A DNA stretch of 64,000 nucleotides from Methylotenera sp. (GCA_035393325.1 DAOOXC010000002.1:9650-73649); one strand, 5' to 3'; positions 39,197 to 49,378 are shown, counted from the stretch's first letter. The notes: generated by a model not told the origin, from the letters alone. Numbers and translations are program-made.

Positions 39197-40474
39197 CTAT
39201 TCAGACTTATCGTCTTGTATTTTTGATAAATCGGTATCTAAGAAATAGTTAACTCTTTTGTGAGGATTTAAATATTTAAGTGCATCTAAAGGTAACTTGT
39301 TTGGGCGCAGGCAGGCGCTAATGCTGATGCCTTGCTCTTCACTTAAATTTAAAATGTGTGGGGTATCTCGCTGCATGAGTGGGTCATGCAATAACACATA
39401 GGGGCGAAGTGGCTGATTGGGGTTGACTGAAACCACAATACCATACACCCCTGATGATAATTGTACGATGCTACCTGGCGGGTAAATGCCGAGTGATTTA
39501 ATTAACCTTTTCACTAACATTTCATCAAATTTAGCACGATGATGCGCGTACATTTGCGCTAATGCTTCGTATGGCGTTTTTGCCAGCGTAACATCTGAGG
39601 GATTGCATAAATTATCATACCAATTGACCAGTGCGATAATGCGTGCAATTGGGTCAATTTTGTCAGCAGTAATGCGTTTAGGGTAGCCAGTGCCGTCTTC
39701 ATGCACATGATGCTGCAAAATAACTTTGCCAATACGTGCTGGCAAGCCCACCTCTCTGGCCATGCGAGCCCCAATTTCAGAGTGTTGCTCAAAATGTAAT
39801 TGCTCTTGCTTGGTCAGGGGTTCTTTTTTAAGTAAAATTTTGCTAGAAATTTCAATTTTACCAATATCGTGAAACACTGCCGCCATTCCTAAAAGACGCG
39901 TATCTTCTGCTGAAAGCTCAAGGGATTTAGCAAGCATCATCGCAAGCACGGTCACATTTAACGGGTGAACGTAATTATCATCCCCTGAGTTATTGCCATT
40001 CAACGCATGAATAGCAATATCACCCTCGGTTAAGGTGGTTTCAACTAATACATCTATCAAATTAGCAGTTTTTTCAATGCAAACTTTAGGGTCTATCAAA
40101 ATGTTCTTTGTCGCTTCACGCACAGTGTTGCCAGCAGCAATAAACTTCAATTCTGCTTCATTGATAGCAGCATTTAATTGACCTAATCGCTCTTCTTTTG
40201 ATACTTCATTGTTTGCGGCTTCCTTCACGTTGTTAGCTGCCGTTTGAGTATTATTCGGTTCAGCAACTTGTGCCTCAGGTAAAGGTTCGCAGTCACTGCG
40301 GTTGGGGTCGTAGCGCAATTTTTTGAGACCAGTTTTTTGGATGCCACTAATTTGCGTTTCATCTTTGATTTTAAAGTTACTTAAAGTAAAAGGGTGATTC
40401 ATCCAACCCAAATCTAAATGGACATAAAGTCCTACTCGGAGTTGGGAAACATCAATAAAATGGTGATTGTGCAT
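39197..40474 (-). CDS. HD-GYP domain c-di-GMP phosphodiesterase with N-terminal DUF3391
   Basis: FIDVSQLRVGLYVHLDLGWMNHPF (DUF3391), HDIGK and HHVHEDGTGYPKR (HD-GYP). ATG at 40474 preferred; the longer ORF-track start would overlap the upstream gene. Confidence 0.85.
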   Translation of the reverse strand: MHNHHFIDVSQLRVGLYVHLDLGWMNHPFTLSNFKIKDETQISGIQKTGLKKLRYDPNRSDCEPLPEAQVAEPNNTQTAANNVKEAANNEVSKEERLGQLNAAINEAELKFIAAGNTVREATKNILIDPKVCIEKTANLIDVLVETTLTEGDIAIHALNGNNSGDDNYVHPLNVTVLAMMLAKSLELSAEDTRLLGMAAVFHDIGKIEISSKILLKKEPLTKQEQLHFEQHSEIGARMAREVGLPARIGKVILQHHVHEDGTGYPKRITADKIDPIARIIALVNWYDNLCNPSDVTLAKTPYEALAQMYAHHRAKFDEMLVKRLIKSLGIYPPGSIVQLSSGVYGIVVSVNPNQPLRPYVLLHDPLMQRDTPHILNLSEEQGISISACLRPNKLPLDALKYLNPHKRVNYFLDTDLSKIQDDKSE

Positions 40475-40475
40475 T

Positions 40476-42356
40476 TTAGTTACCTGCAATTTGATACTTT
40501 TGCGTTCTTGTTTCAAGCATTTTGGTAAACTCAGCAGCATCAATCGGCTTACCATATAAGTAACCTTGGGCTTCTTCGCAGCCCATATTTTTCAGAAACT
40601 CAGCCTGCGCATTTGTTTCTACACCTTCGGCAATAACGGAGAATCCTAAATTTCGTGCCATGGCATTTATCGTGTTGGTAATCGCCGCATCGTTTAAATC
40701 ATCAGGCAGGCCACGCACAAAGGATTGGTCAATTTTAATTTTACTAAGAGGCAAACGTTTGAGGTTGGAAAGAGATGAATAACCTGTACCAAAGTCATCA
40801 ATCGCTACGCGTACGCCGAGTTGTTTAATGTTGTTAAACGTATCAATTACAAATTCGGTGTTTTGCATCACCGTGCTTTCGGTGATTTCTAACTCAAGAA
40901 TTTGTGGCTTACAATCTGTTTCTACCAATATGCCATATACTGTGTCGTAAAAATTGCTCCGCATGATTTGCACGCCAGAAACGTTGACTGAAATCCATTG
41001 CATAGTGTAGCCATCGCTAATCCACGCCATCGCTTGCTTGGCAGCTTGTCTGAGCACCCATTCGCCAATTTGCACAATTAAGCCTGTTTCTTCTGCAATA
41101 GGGATAAATCTAGCGGGTGATACCAAGCCTAGCGTAGGGTGACGCCAACGAATCAGAGCTTCCGCACCTATAATGTCACCTGTAAGTAATGATATTTGAG
41201 GCTGATAATGCACTTCAAACTGTTTGCGTGCTAAAGCGTGGCGGAGTTCACTTTCTAAAGTAAAGCGCTCAACAGCATTTTTACTAAGCTCTTCCGAATA
41301 AAAACAAAAGTTGTTTTTACCGCGATTTTTAATTTGGTACATGGCAATATCAGCAGCTTTAATTAGCCCTTCTACATCATTGCCATCTTTTGGGAAAATC
41401 GAAATACCGACACTTGCACCAATAAAAATTTCCTTACTATCAATATGAAATTCAATTTGCAAAGCATAGATAATTTTTTGCGCTACTGACGCCGCATCTT
41501 CTATCGATTTAATATTATCCATCATCACCAAGAATTCATCGCCGCCTAAACGGGCAACGACATCGCTATCTCTAACGGTATGATGAATTCTTTTAGATAC
41601 CTCATACAATAATTTATCACCCACTTGGTGACCAAGGCTGTCGTTAATGGATTTAAATCTATCTAAATCAACAAACAATAATGCAATTTCGTGATGCTCT
41701 CGCTCAGCACGTTTAATGGCATGCTCGAGTAACTCGGTAAATAATCTGCGATTTGGCAATCCAGTGAGAGGATCGTGATTTACCAGCTCTTGTAATCTGT
41801 TTTGTGAATGTTTTGCTTCAGTAATATCTGAAAAAACACCCACATAATGGGTAACTTGATGCAGATGGTTTCGCACAGCACTCAGCGTAATGCGCTCTTG
41901 ATAGGCCTCACCACTTTTGCGGTAATTAAGTTTTTCGCCTGACCATTTATCGTTGAGTTGCAAAGTGCGCCAGACATCACAATCTTTATCACGCATGGCT
42001 TTGTGCGTTAAACCTAAGGCATCAATTTCTCGGAAGCCAGTGATTGTTGTATAAGCTTTATTGATGCTTAAAATGCAGCCTTTTTCATCCATCACCATCA
42101 TACCTTCGCCGGCACTCATAAAAGCAATATCAGCTAGATGTGGTAAATCAGTAACGGCCTCTGTGTGGTTTTGAATGGCTTCAGAAGAGTCCACCCAATG
42201 CCAGTTTTTATCTAAGGCACTTTGTATGGCCGCAGATAAATGCCAAGCAGCCTTGAATCTACTTTTGATAGTTAGACTCAATTCAGCCATTTGCTCATCT
42301 TGCTCAGCCAAATGATTAGGTGTTGGTTGGTTGGTGTTCTTCAATTTTCTTTTCAA
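40476..42356 (-). CDS. PAS-GGDEF-EAL signalling protein
   Basis: PAS (MVMDEKGCILSINKAYTTITGF), RLGGDEFLV (GGDEF), EALIRW and ELEITES (EAL). TTG start at 42356 is uncertain; an ATG lies at 42290. Confidence 0.85.
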   Translation of the reverse strand: MKRKLKNTNQPTPNHLAEQDEQMAELSLTIKSRFKAAWHLSAAIQSALDKNWHWVDSSEAIQNHTEAVTDLPHLADIAFMSAGEGMMVMDEKGCILSINKAYTTITGFREIDALGLTHKAMRDKDCDVWRTLQLNDKWSGEKLNYRKSGEAYQERITLSAVRNHLHQVTHYVGVFSDITEAKHSQNRLQELVNHDPLTGLPNRRLFTELLEHAIKRAEREHHEIALLFVDLDRFKSINDSLGHQVGDKLLYEVSKRIHHTVRDSDVVARLGGDEFLVMMDNIKSIEDAASVAQKIIYALQIEFHIDSKEIFIGASVGISIFPKDGNDVEGLIKAADIAMYQIKNRGKNNFCFYSEELSKNAVERFTLESELRHALARKQFEVHYQPQISLLTGDIIGAEALIRWRHPTLGLVSPARFIPIAEETGLIVQIGEWVLRQAAKQAMAWISDGYTMQWISVNVSGVQIMRSNFYDTVYGILVETDCKPQILELEITESTVMQNTEFVIDTFNNIKQLGVRVAIDDFGTGYSSLSNLKRLPLSKIKIDQSFVRGLPDDLNDAAITNTINAMARNLGFSVIAEGVETNAQAEFLKNMGCEEAQGYLYGKPIDAAEFTKMLETRTQKYQIAGN

Positions 42357-42540
42357 TTCAAATTTAATATCACCCCCAAAGGGCGGTTTAATCCATATAA
42401 ATTAAACTATTCATAACTATTTATCGGACTAAATAATTGAAACTTAAATAAAATTAAATGAATTTTTTGTGCGGGATATAATCCCTTACACAATGGTCTA
42501 TTTGAGAGAATCTGTTTGTTAAAATTAGGTGAGATTTACG

Positions 42541-43107
42541 ATGCAATTTATAGGTGCAACGCGAGTGACTAGCAAAAACATAATCATTTTGGGAATGGTT
42601 TTTAGTGGCTTATTTTTCAGTTATGCAGGACATGCACAACCCAATATGCTGCCAACAATGCCAAAATCACTCTGTAGCATTGCAACAACGATAGACAGCC
42701 GTCAACAGCCAGTTTATTTCACGCAACAAACTTTTGAAGACAATGTGCAAGAGTTAGCCATTATTGCCTTGGATGAGCAAAAGACGCCTGTAATTAAACG
42801 AATTACCTACCATCAAAAACAATCAGATGAATGTCATTTCTTATCAATAGCGATTGCTCGCGCTGGCGATTGGGGTTGGTTTTTGGCTTGGACACACGCA
42901 GATAAGGCCTATTATGCGCGTATGGATGGTGAAGCTTTGGTTTTTCCTCCCCCCAAACTATTGCCAGTATCAAAGGTGACAAACATTGAGTTTTTAATGA
43001 GCGCACCTCAACCGTCTATGCGATTACAAACTGCGGATGGTAAAACAGTATTGCTCATTAGCGAAGATGAAGGGCGACATTGGCAAGTAGCCCCAGCCAA
43101 AAATTAG
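42541..43107 (+). CDS. hypothetical exported protein with one Asp-box (BNR-like) motif
   Basis: Signal peptide (ILGMVFSGLFFSYAGHA) and SEDEGRHW near the C-terminus, resembling SxDxGxTW. Confidence 0.5.
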   Translation: MQFIGATRVTSKNIIILGMVFSGLFFSYAGHAQPNMLPTMPKSLCSIATTIDSRQQPVYFTQQTFEDNVQELAIIALDEQKTPVIKRITYHQKQSDECHFLSIAIARAGDWGWFLAWTHADKAYYARMDGEALVFPPPKLLPVSKVTNIEFLMSAPQPSMRLQTADGKTVLLISEDEGRHWQVAPAKN

Positions 43108-43189
43108 CGTTCCTCATAAGGGTATTCACCTATTGAAAAGTGATTTTGCTCCCCCATGTAAGCGGTAACTAAACATTCAGGAGCGAATA

Positions 43190-45775
43190 ATGCGTTTCGA
43201 CAAACTCACCACTAAATTTCAACAAGCCATTGCCGATGCACAAAGTATTGCGTTGGGCGCAGATAACACCGCCATTGAGGCTCAACACTTACTACAAGCG
43301 TTGCTCAACCAAGAAGATGGTGGAACGGCTTCATTGCTGGCGCGTGCAGGTGTGCAGCTTAACCAGCTAAAAAACAGTTTAACCGCAGCGATTAACAATT
43401 TACCAAAATCCACCGATGCGAGTGGAGATGTGGCGATTTCGCGCGATTTAAATAACTTGCTAAACGTGACCGATAAATTGGCGCAAAAGCGTAACGATGC
43501 TTACATTGCCAGCGAAATGTTTTTACTGGCATTGGCTGACGATAAAGGTGATACAAGCAAACTACTCAAAAGCAATGGCTTAACAAAATCAGCTTTAGAA
43601 TCTGCGATTACTGCCGTGCGTGGTAGCGATGGTGTGAATAGCCAAGAGGCTGAAGGCCAACGTGAAGCGCTTAAAAAATATACGCTTGATTTAACCGAGC
43701 GCGCCCGTGCTGGCAAGCTTGACCCCGTGATTGGGCGTGATGACGAGATTCGCCGTGCCATTCAGGTGTTGCAACGCCGCACCAAAAACAACCCAGTATT
43801 GATTGGTGAACCAGGCGTCGGTAAAACCGCGATTGTGGAAGGCTTGGCACAACGCATTGTGAATGGCGAAGTGCCAGACTCACTCAAAAACAAAAAGGTG
43901 TTGTCGCTCGATATGGCGGCTTTACTGGCGGGCGCTAAGTACCGCGGTGAGTTTGAAGAGCGCTTAAAATCGGTGCTAAAAGAATTAGCGCAAGACGAAG
44001 GCCAAACCATCGTGTTTATTGATGAAATTCATACCATGGTGGGTGCGGGTAAATCTGAAGGGGCGATGGACGCAGGCAATATGTTGAAGCCTGCCTTGGC
44101 ACGCGGCGAACTACATTGTGTGGGCGCGACCACTTTAGATGAATACCGCAAATACATTGAAAAAGATGCCGCCTTAGAGCGCCGCTTTCAAAAAGTGTTG
44201 GTGGATGAACCTAGCGTAGAGGCCACGATTGCGATTTTGCGAGGGCTGCAAGAAAAATACGAGTTACATCATGGTGTTGAAATTACTGACCCTGCGATTG
44301 TGGCTGCAGCCGAGCTTTCACATCGTTACATTACCGACCGCTTTTTACCCGATAAAGCGATTGATTTAATTGATGAAGCTGCAAGCCGCATCAAAATGGA
44401 AATTGACTCTAAACCAGAAGTGATGGACAAGCTCGATAGGCGCTTGATTCAATTGAAAATTGAGCGTGAGGCGGTGCGCCGTGAGAAAGACGAAGGCAGT
44501 AAAAAACGCTTTGACTTGATTGAAGAAGAAATTGCCAAGCTAGAAAAAGAATACGCCGATTTAGAAGAGATTTGGAAGGCTGAAAAAGCCCAAGTACAGG
44601 GCTCTGCGCATATTAAAGAAGCTATCGAAAAAGTAAAATTTGAGATGGAAGAAGCAACGCGTAAAGGCGAATGGCAAAAAGTCTCTGAGTTGCAATACGG
44701 CAAATTGCCTCAACTGGAAGCACAGCTAAAACAAGCGGCGAGTTCTGAAGCTGCGGGTGATACAACTAAAAATAAAATGCTACGCACCGAAGTGGGCGCA
44801 GATGAAATTGCCGAGGTGGTGAGCCGTGCAACAGGCATACCTGTCAGCAAAATGATGACGGGTGAGCGTGAAAAACTGCTCACGATGGAAGCCAAGTTGC
44901 ACGAGCGAGTCGTGGGGCAAGATGAAGCGGTGCGTTTGGTGTCTGATGCCATTCGCCGTTCACGTTCTGGGTTGAGCGATCCGAATCGCCCTTATGGCAG
45001 CTTCTTGTTTTTAGGACCAACAGGTGTGGGTAAAACCGAACTTTGTAAGTCACTCGCCAACTTTTTGTTTGATTCGGAAGAGCATTTAATCCGTATCGAC
45101 ATGAGTGAGTTTATGGAAAAACATAGTGTCGCACGTATGATTGGTGCGCCACCGGGCTATGTGGGCTATGAAGAGGGCGGCACGCTAACAGAAGCGGTGC
45201 GCCGTAAGCCTTATAGCGTGGTGTTGCTGGATGAAGTGGAAAAAGCGCACCCCGATGTGTTTAACGTGTTGTTGCAAGTGTTGGATGATGGACGCTTAAC
45301 CGATGGCCAAGGCCGCACGGTGGATTTTAAAAACACGGTGATTATCATGACATCAAACTTGGGCTCGCAAATGATACAAAGCATGGCCGACCAAGATTAC
45401 CAAGTGGTGAAATTAGCGGTGATGGGCGAGGTAAAAACGCATTTTAGGCCAGAGTTTGTCAACCGCATTGATGAAGTGGTCGTTTTTCATAGTTTGGGTG
45501 AAGATAATATTAAGTCTATCGCAAATATTCAATTGCAATATTTGGCTAAACGCTTGGCGGCGATGGATATGACGTTGAATGTGACGGATGCCGCCTTGGC
45601 AGAAATCGCCAGTGCAGGGTTTGATCCAGTGTACGGTGCGCGTCCATTAAAACGGGCTATTCAATCTGAGATTGAAAACCCACTGGCGCGAGAAATTTTG
45701 GCAGGCAACTTTGTGGCAAAAGACACTGTCCAAGTGGATTACAAGGCAGGAAAAATGCAGTTTAGTAAGTTGTAA
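43190..45775 (+). CDS. clpB: ATP-dependent chaperone ClpB
   Basis: Two AAA+ modules ([18 protein letters not shown]), a middle coiled-coil domain; 861 aa. Confidence 0.97.
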   Translation: MRFDKLTTKFQQAIADAQSIALGADNTAIEAQHLLQALLNQEDGGTASLLARAGVQLNQLKNSLTAAINNLPKSTDASGDVAISRDLNNLLNVTDKLAQKRNDAYIASEMFLLALADDKGDTSKLLKSNGLTKSALESAITAVRGSDGVNSQEAEGQREALKKYTLDLTERARAGKLDPVIGRDDEIRRAIQVLQRRTKNNPVLIGEPGVGKTAIVEGLAQRIVNGEVPDSLKNKKVLSLDMAALLAGAKYRGEFEERLKSVLKELAQDEGQTIVFIDEIHTMVGAGKSEGAMDAGNMLKPALARGELHCVGATTLDEYRKYIEKDAALERRFQKVLVDEPSVEATIAILRGLQEKYELHHGVEITDPAIVAAAELSHRYITDRFLPDKAIDLIDEAASRIKMEIDSKPEVMDKLDRRLIQLKIEREAVRREKDEGSKKRFDLIEEEIAKLEKEYADLEEIWKAEKAQVQGSAHIKEAIEKVKFEMEEATRKGEWQKVSELQYGKLPQLEAQLKQAASSEAAGDTTKNKMLRTEVGADEIAEVVSRATGIPVSKMMTGEREKLLTMEAKLHERVVGQDEAVRLVSDAIRRSRSGLSDPNRPYGSFLFLGPTGVGKTELCKSLANFLFDSEEHLIRIDMSEFMEKHSVARMIGAPPGYVGYEEGGTLTEAVRRKPYSVVLLDEVEKAHPDVFNVLLQVLDDGRLTDGQGRTVDFKNTVIIMTSNLGSQMIQSMADQDYQVVKLAVMGEVKTHFRPEFVNRIDEVVVFHSLGEDNIKSIANIQLQYLAKRLAAMDMTLNVTDAALAEIASAGFDPVYGARPLKRAIQSEIENPLAREILAGNFVAKDTVQVDYKAGKMQFSKL

Positions 45776-45792
45776 CTTTTAGGAGTGAGGCG

Positions 45793-46317
45793 ATGAAAAA
45801 GCAAGGTTTAGTTTTTGGTGCGGTGTTGCTTGCAACATTGCTGGCAGGGTGCGCAAGCAATTCCCCGCGCGAAAATCAAGTACAGCGCCTCACCCCTGAA
45901 GAAGTGGCAAAACTCACCCCCGCTGCTGTGCCCACTTTGAGCTTGGATGAGATTATCGTGCTTTCCAAGCAGGGCACATCGGCAGATGACATCATCGCAA
46001 AAATTAAAAGTAGTAACTCGCAATATGACCTCACCGCCAGCCAAATGGTGGATTTAAGCAAGCAAGGTGTGGATGCCAAAGTGCTGGATTTTATGCAAGC
46101 TGAACGCGAAAAAATGCGCTTGAACAGTATGGCGGAAGAAATTAACAAGCGTGAGAAAGCCAATAGAGAAGCGCAAGAGAAACTAAAAAATCAATCGTTA
46201 CGTTACCGTTACGACCCATTTTATGACCCTTTTTACCACCCGTTTTATGGCTACGGTTTTAGCCCATATTGGGGTAACCATTTTTACTTCAATAATATTC
46301 ACAGGCGCAGAAGATGA
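45793..46317 (+). CDS. hypothetical lipoprotein
   Basis: Lipobox LLAGC at residues 17-21. Aromatic-rich C-terminal tail YDPFYDPFYHPFYGYGFSPYW. Confidence 0.6.
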   Translation: MKKQGLVFGAVLLATLLAGCASNSPRENQVQRLTPEEVAKLTPAAVPTLSLDEIIVLSKQGTSADDIIAKIKSSNSQYDLTASQMVDLSKQGVDAKVLDFMQAEREKMRLNSMAEEINKREKANREAQEKLKNQSLRYRYDPFYDPFYHPFYGYGFSPYWGNHFYFNNIHRRRR

Positions 46318-46381
46318 GCTTGCCTTTTGCAATGAAAATACATTGCTTAAAAAGGCATATTTTAAGCGTTTTTTAAACTAA

Positions 46382-46448
46382 CATCATTTCACCCCCTCTG
46401 TAAGCCACTCTGTATGCGGCTTCCAGAGGCATGAAAATTTCTCGAGGG
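46382..46448 (+). repeat. REP-like hairpin repeat, copy 6 (forward orientation)
   Basis: CATCATTTCACCCCCTCTGTAAGCC-ACTCTGTATGC-GGCTTCCAGAGGCATGAAAATTTCTCGAGGG, followed by TTTTT. Confidence 0.9.
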
Positions 46449-46511
46449 TTTTTGTTGGGTGATTTTAAGTCGCGTTATAATGTTGCTTTATGTTCATTCA
46501 TTCACCAAAAA

Positions 46512-46931
46512 ATGCGCCAAATCAACCACCAAATTAGCCTATCAACAAAAGGCAGAAAACTCTATGACATCACCCCAGAAGTGCTGCATTGGGTAAAAAA
46601 TTGCGGCATCACAACAGGCTTGCTCACGCTGTACATTCAGCACACTTCAGCCAGTTTGTTGATTAACGAAAATTATGATTCTGACGTGTTGGTGGATATG
46701 GAAGCGTTTTTTAATCGTCTTGTGCCAGATGGCGACAAATTGTTTATTCACACTGTTGAAGGCCCCGACGATATGCCTGCGCATGTGCGTAGCGCCTTGA
46801 CGCAAACGAGTTTGTCGATGCCTGTATTGCAGGGCAAACCAACGCTTGGTCAATGGCAAGGTATTTTTTTGTACGAGCATCGGCATATTGCCGCTAACCG
46901 CCGTGTAATTTTGCATGTCATAGGCGAATAA
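46512..46931 (+). CDS. YjbQ-family (UPF0047) secondary thiamine-phosphate synthase-like protein
   Basis: LYDITPEV...LLTLYIQHTSASLLINENYDSDV...DDMPAHVRSAL...GQWQGIFLYEHR. ATG at 46512 preferred because the longer ORF runs through repeat copy 6. Confidence 0.8.
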   Translation: MRQINHQISLSTKGRKLYDITPEVLHWVKNCGITTGLLTLYIQHTSASLLINENYDSDVLVDMEAFFNRLVPDGDKLFIHTVEGPDDMPAHVRSALTQTSLSMPVLQGKPTLGQWQGIFLYEHRHIAANRRVILHVIGE

Positions 46932-46934
46932 AAC

Positions 46935-47324
46935 TTGCCAGCAAAAACCAGAAAGCTGAGCAGTAGTGAAATGGCGATTTATGCGCCATTTTTTACGCAT
47001 GAAGTGTTGCAAAAAGCCCGCATTGTAGATGGGCAAACGCCTTTTTGGTTGCGCCCTAGCATGTACGCGGTGGTGCTGAATCACACGATATACTTTCGTA
47101 CGGGTTATTATCAGCCAAACACTTTGCGTGGTGTGGAGTTGCTTGGGCATGAGCTCACGCATGTAGAGCAATATTTGCAAGGCATGACCATTTGGCATTA
47201 TGTGTGGGAGAGCCGTCGCGGTTATGTAAAAAATCGTTACGAGGTGGCTGCCTACGCAAAAGGTGCTATGATTAGAAACGCGGTTGCTGGGCAACCATCA
47301 TTCAACAAAAATTTTCAAATTTGA
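46935..47324 (+). CDS. DUF4157-like small protein with HExxH motif
   Basis: HELTHVEQY preceded by NHTIYFRTGYY, the pattern of DUF4157 (eCIS core) domains. TTG start; an alternative ATG lies at 46971. Confidence 0.55.
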   Translation: MPAKTRKLSSSEMAIYAPFFTHEVLQKARIVDGQTPFWLRPSMYAVVLNHTIYFRTGYYQPNTLRGVELLGHELTHVEQYLQGMTIWHYVWESRRGYVKNRYEVAAYAKGAMIRNAVAGQPSFNKNFQI

Positions 47325-47334
47325 GGAGATAAAA

Positions 47335-47841
47335 ATGGGTTTGTTTTCATTTTTTAGAGAAGCAGGCGAAAAACTTTTTGGTACTGGCGAGGCAAAAGCA
47401 GCTGAAGAGGTGGCAAAAAAAGACCCAACACCAGTGAACTTAGATGCGGCTAACAAGGCTGCGGCAAAGGCCATTGCAGACTACGTGGCTAAAATGGGAT
47501 TGACTGCAGAAGGCTTAACTATTGGTTTTGATGCAGCATCAAGCACGGTGATTGTACAAGGCATGGCAGAAAGTAAGGAAATTAAAGAGAAAATTTTGCT
47601 GTGTTGCGGCAATGTTAAAGGGGTTGAAACGGTGCAAGACCAGCTAGGCGTGATTGCTGCCCCAGAAACTGAGCCTGATCCAGTATTTTATACCGTAGTA
47701 AGTGGCGATACCTTATCAAAAATAGCTAAAGAGCAATATGGTAATGCCAATGCTTATATGAAGATTTTTGAAGCGAATAAACCCATGTTAAGTCACCCAG
47801 ATAAAATTTATCCGGGTCAATCTTTACGTATTCCTGCCTAA
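47335..47841 (+). CDS. BON-LysM protein (YgaU/Kbp-like)
   Basis: MGLFSFFREAGEKLFG N-terminus, a central BON-like segment and a C-terminal LysM (YTVVSGDTLSKIAKEQYGNANAYMKIFEANKPML...IYPGQSLRIP). Confidence 0.8.
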   Translation: MGLFSFFREAGEKLFGTGEAKAAEEVAKKDPTPVNLDAANKAAAKAIADYVAKMGLTAEGLTIGFDAASSTVIVQGMAESKEIKEKILLCCGNVKGVETVQDQLGVIAAPETEPDPVFYTVVSGDTLSKIAKEQYGNANAYMKIFEANKPMLSHPDKIYPGQSLRIPA

Positions 47842-47969
47842 ATTACATGGCAATTTTTATTACAATTCATTAACAATTTTTAATGGTATATTTTACAATT
47901 TATTAACTAAGTATTTAATTATTAAGACTTAAATTTAAGCTAAAATTCTTCTCATGAAAATTAGCTTCA

Positions 47970-48009
47970 AAAATCCTTGAAACATAATTTGCTTCGAGGA
48001 TTTTTTTTA
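47970..48009 (+). terminator. intrinsic terminator about 130 nt downstream of the BON-LysM gene
   Basis: ATCCTTGAA-loop-TTCGAGGAT (one G-U pair) followed by T8. Confidence 0.6.
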
Positions 48010-48044
48010 TTTTTTGTTTTTAATTTAAGTCGAAAGGGTTGGAA

Positions 48045-48377
48045 ATGTCAGCATTATTACGCACACTTTTAGCATTAAGTGTTACCAGTTTAGTATTAGT
48101 CGGTTGTGGCGATAAAGAGGCCGCACCTGAAGCGACACCTGAAGTTACGGTAGCCCCAGCAGAAACTGCACCAGTGGCAGCGTCACCAACAGCAGCAGTA
48201 GAAGCTGCACCAGCTACAGAGCCAGGTGGTTATGTTCCTACCCCAGAAGAGCGCGTGCCTGGTATTACGGTAGATATGTCAGCACAACCAGTGACAGAAT
48301 CAATGCCAGCAGAAGCTGCAGCGCCAGCAACAGAGGCTGCACCAGCTGCTTCTGAAACAGCTCCAGCCGCACAATAA
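48045..48377 (+). CDS. hypothetical Ala/Pro/Glu-rich lipoprotein
   Basis: Lipobox LVGC, then a low-complexity tract AAPEATPEVTVAPAETAPVAASP... AAAGGG RBS upstream of the ATG at 48045. Confidence 0.55.
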   Translation: MSALLRTLLALSVTSLVLVGCGDKEAAPEATPEVTVAPAETAPVAASPTAAVEAAPATEPGGYVPTPEERVPGITVDMSAQPVTESMPAEAAAPATEAAPAASETAPAAQ

Positions 48378-48403
48378 TAATTCGCACTGTTCGAGATGTT
48401 CTT

Positions 48404-48432
48404 AAAAGCACGCATATAAGCGTGCTTTTTTT
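48404..48432 (+). terminator. intrinsic terminator
   Basis: AAAA-GCACGC-atataa-GCGTGC-TTTTTTT. Confidence 0.8.
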
Positions 48433-48550
48433 ACTGCATTTTATATACCTATCCCCCTAAAGGGTGATAGAGCAGCCTATAATTAAACGATACGATAATA
48501 TAAAATTACAATTCTTAACAAAACAATAATTATCAATTCAGGGACAGGAC

Positions 48551-49324
48551 ATGCAGTTAAAGCAAGAATATGATTCAAAAGGATATGTCTTAATTCGTAA
48601 CTTTTTTAGTCCAGAAGAAATTCAAGAGTTAATTCAAGAAATTAAAAAAACCTCCAGTGAAAATGTTTCAACAGATCAGTTAAATCTAGGAAATCTTAAA
48701 TTTAACAGCTTAATTATGCATAAAAGCCAAAAATTGCGTGAATTCATATCACAAGAAAAAGTGGTGAATTTAATTAGTCAGTTTATTGGCCCTAATTTTT
48801 GGGTGCGGTGGGATCAAGCAGTAGAAAAAGGGCCTGGCGCTGGCACGTTTCCTTGGCATACGGATAACTCTTATAGCCGCTTAAAAGATCCGCATTGCCA
48901 ATTTTGGATTTCATTAACCAAAATGACAAAAGAAAACGGTGGTATTTGGATGATACCAGGCAGCCACAAAAAGAAATATGAGCATAAACATGACGGTTGT
49001 CACATGTCAGCTACCTGTGATGAGCAAAATGCCGAATTTATTTCAGCTGAAATCGGCGATATTGTGGTTTTTAATTCTTTTACTCTACACTCAACTACGC
49101 CTAATGTTACCCAAGAAAGTCGTTGGGCTTATGTGCTTGAGTACATGAATATTAAACATATTGATCCATATATTTCAAAACCCCATTTAATCATTGCTAA
49201 AGATGGTAAGCCTCAGCTTGAATATGTGGACAAACTTGAAGGGGAGGATAGTTTGTATAATACATTTAAATATTTACGCCCAAGAGAGCGGTGGCGTAAA
49301 TTTAAGCATGGTGTACTGAGTTAG
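48551..49324 (+). CDS. phytanoyl-CoA dioxygenase (PhyH) family Fe(II)/2-oxoglutarate oxygenase
   Basis: YDSKGYVLIRNFFS, FPWHTDNSY (HxD), IWMIPGSHK, LHSTTPN (distal His). AT-rich gene bracketed by terminators. Confidence 0.75.
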   Translation: MQLKQEYDSKGYVLIRNFFSPEEIQELIQEIKKTSSENVSTDQLNLGNLKFNSLIMHKSQKLREFISQEKVVNLISQFIGPNFWVRWDQAVEKGPGAGTFPWHTDNSYSRLKDPHCQFWISLTKMTKENGGIWMIPGSHKKKYEHKHDGCHMSATCDEQNAEFISAEIGDIVVFNSFTLHSTTPNVTQESRWAYVLEYMNIKHIDPYISKPHLIIAKDGKPQLEYVDKLEGEDSLYNTFKYLRPRERWRKFKHGVLS

Positions 49325-49349
49325 TACGATTATTTGCCGCGCAACATCT

Positions 49350-49378
49350 AAACAGGGTCATAAATGACCCTGTTTTTT
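49350..49378 (+). terminator. intrinsic terminator
   Basis: ACAGGGTCA-taaa-TGACCCTGT followed by TTTTT. Confidence 0.85.

Noticed and set aside
46647-47294. 215-aa minus-strand ORF spanning the yjbQ and DUF4157 genes
   Set aside because: It overlaps two plus-strand genes that have recognisable family motifs. Its composition is that of antisense noise.
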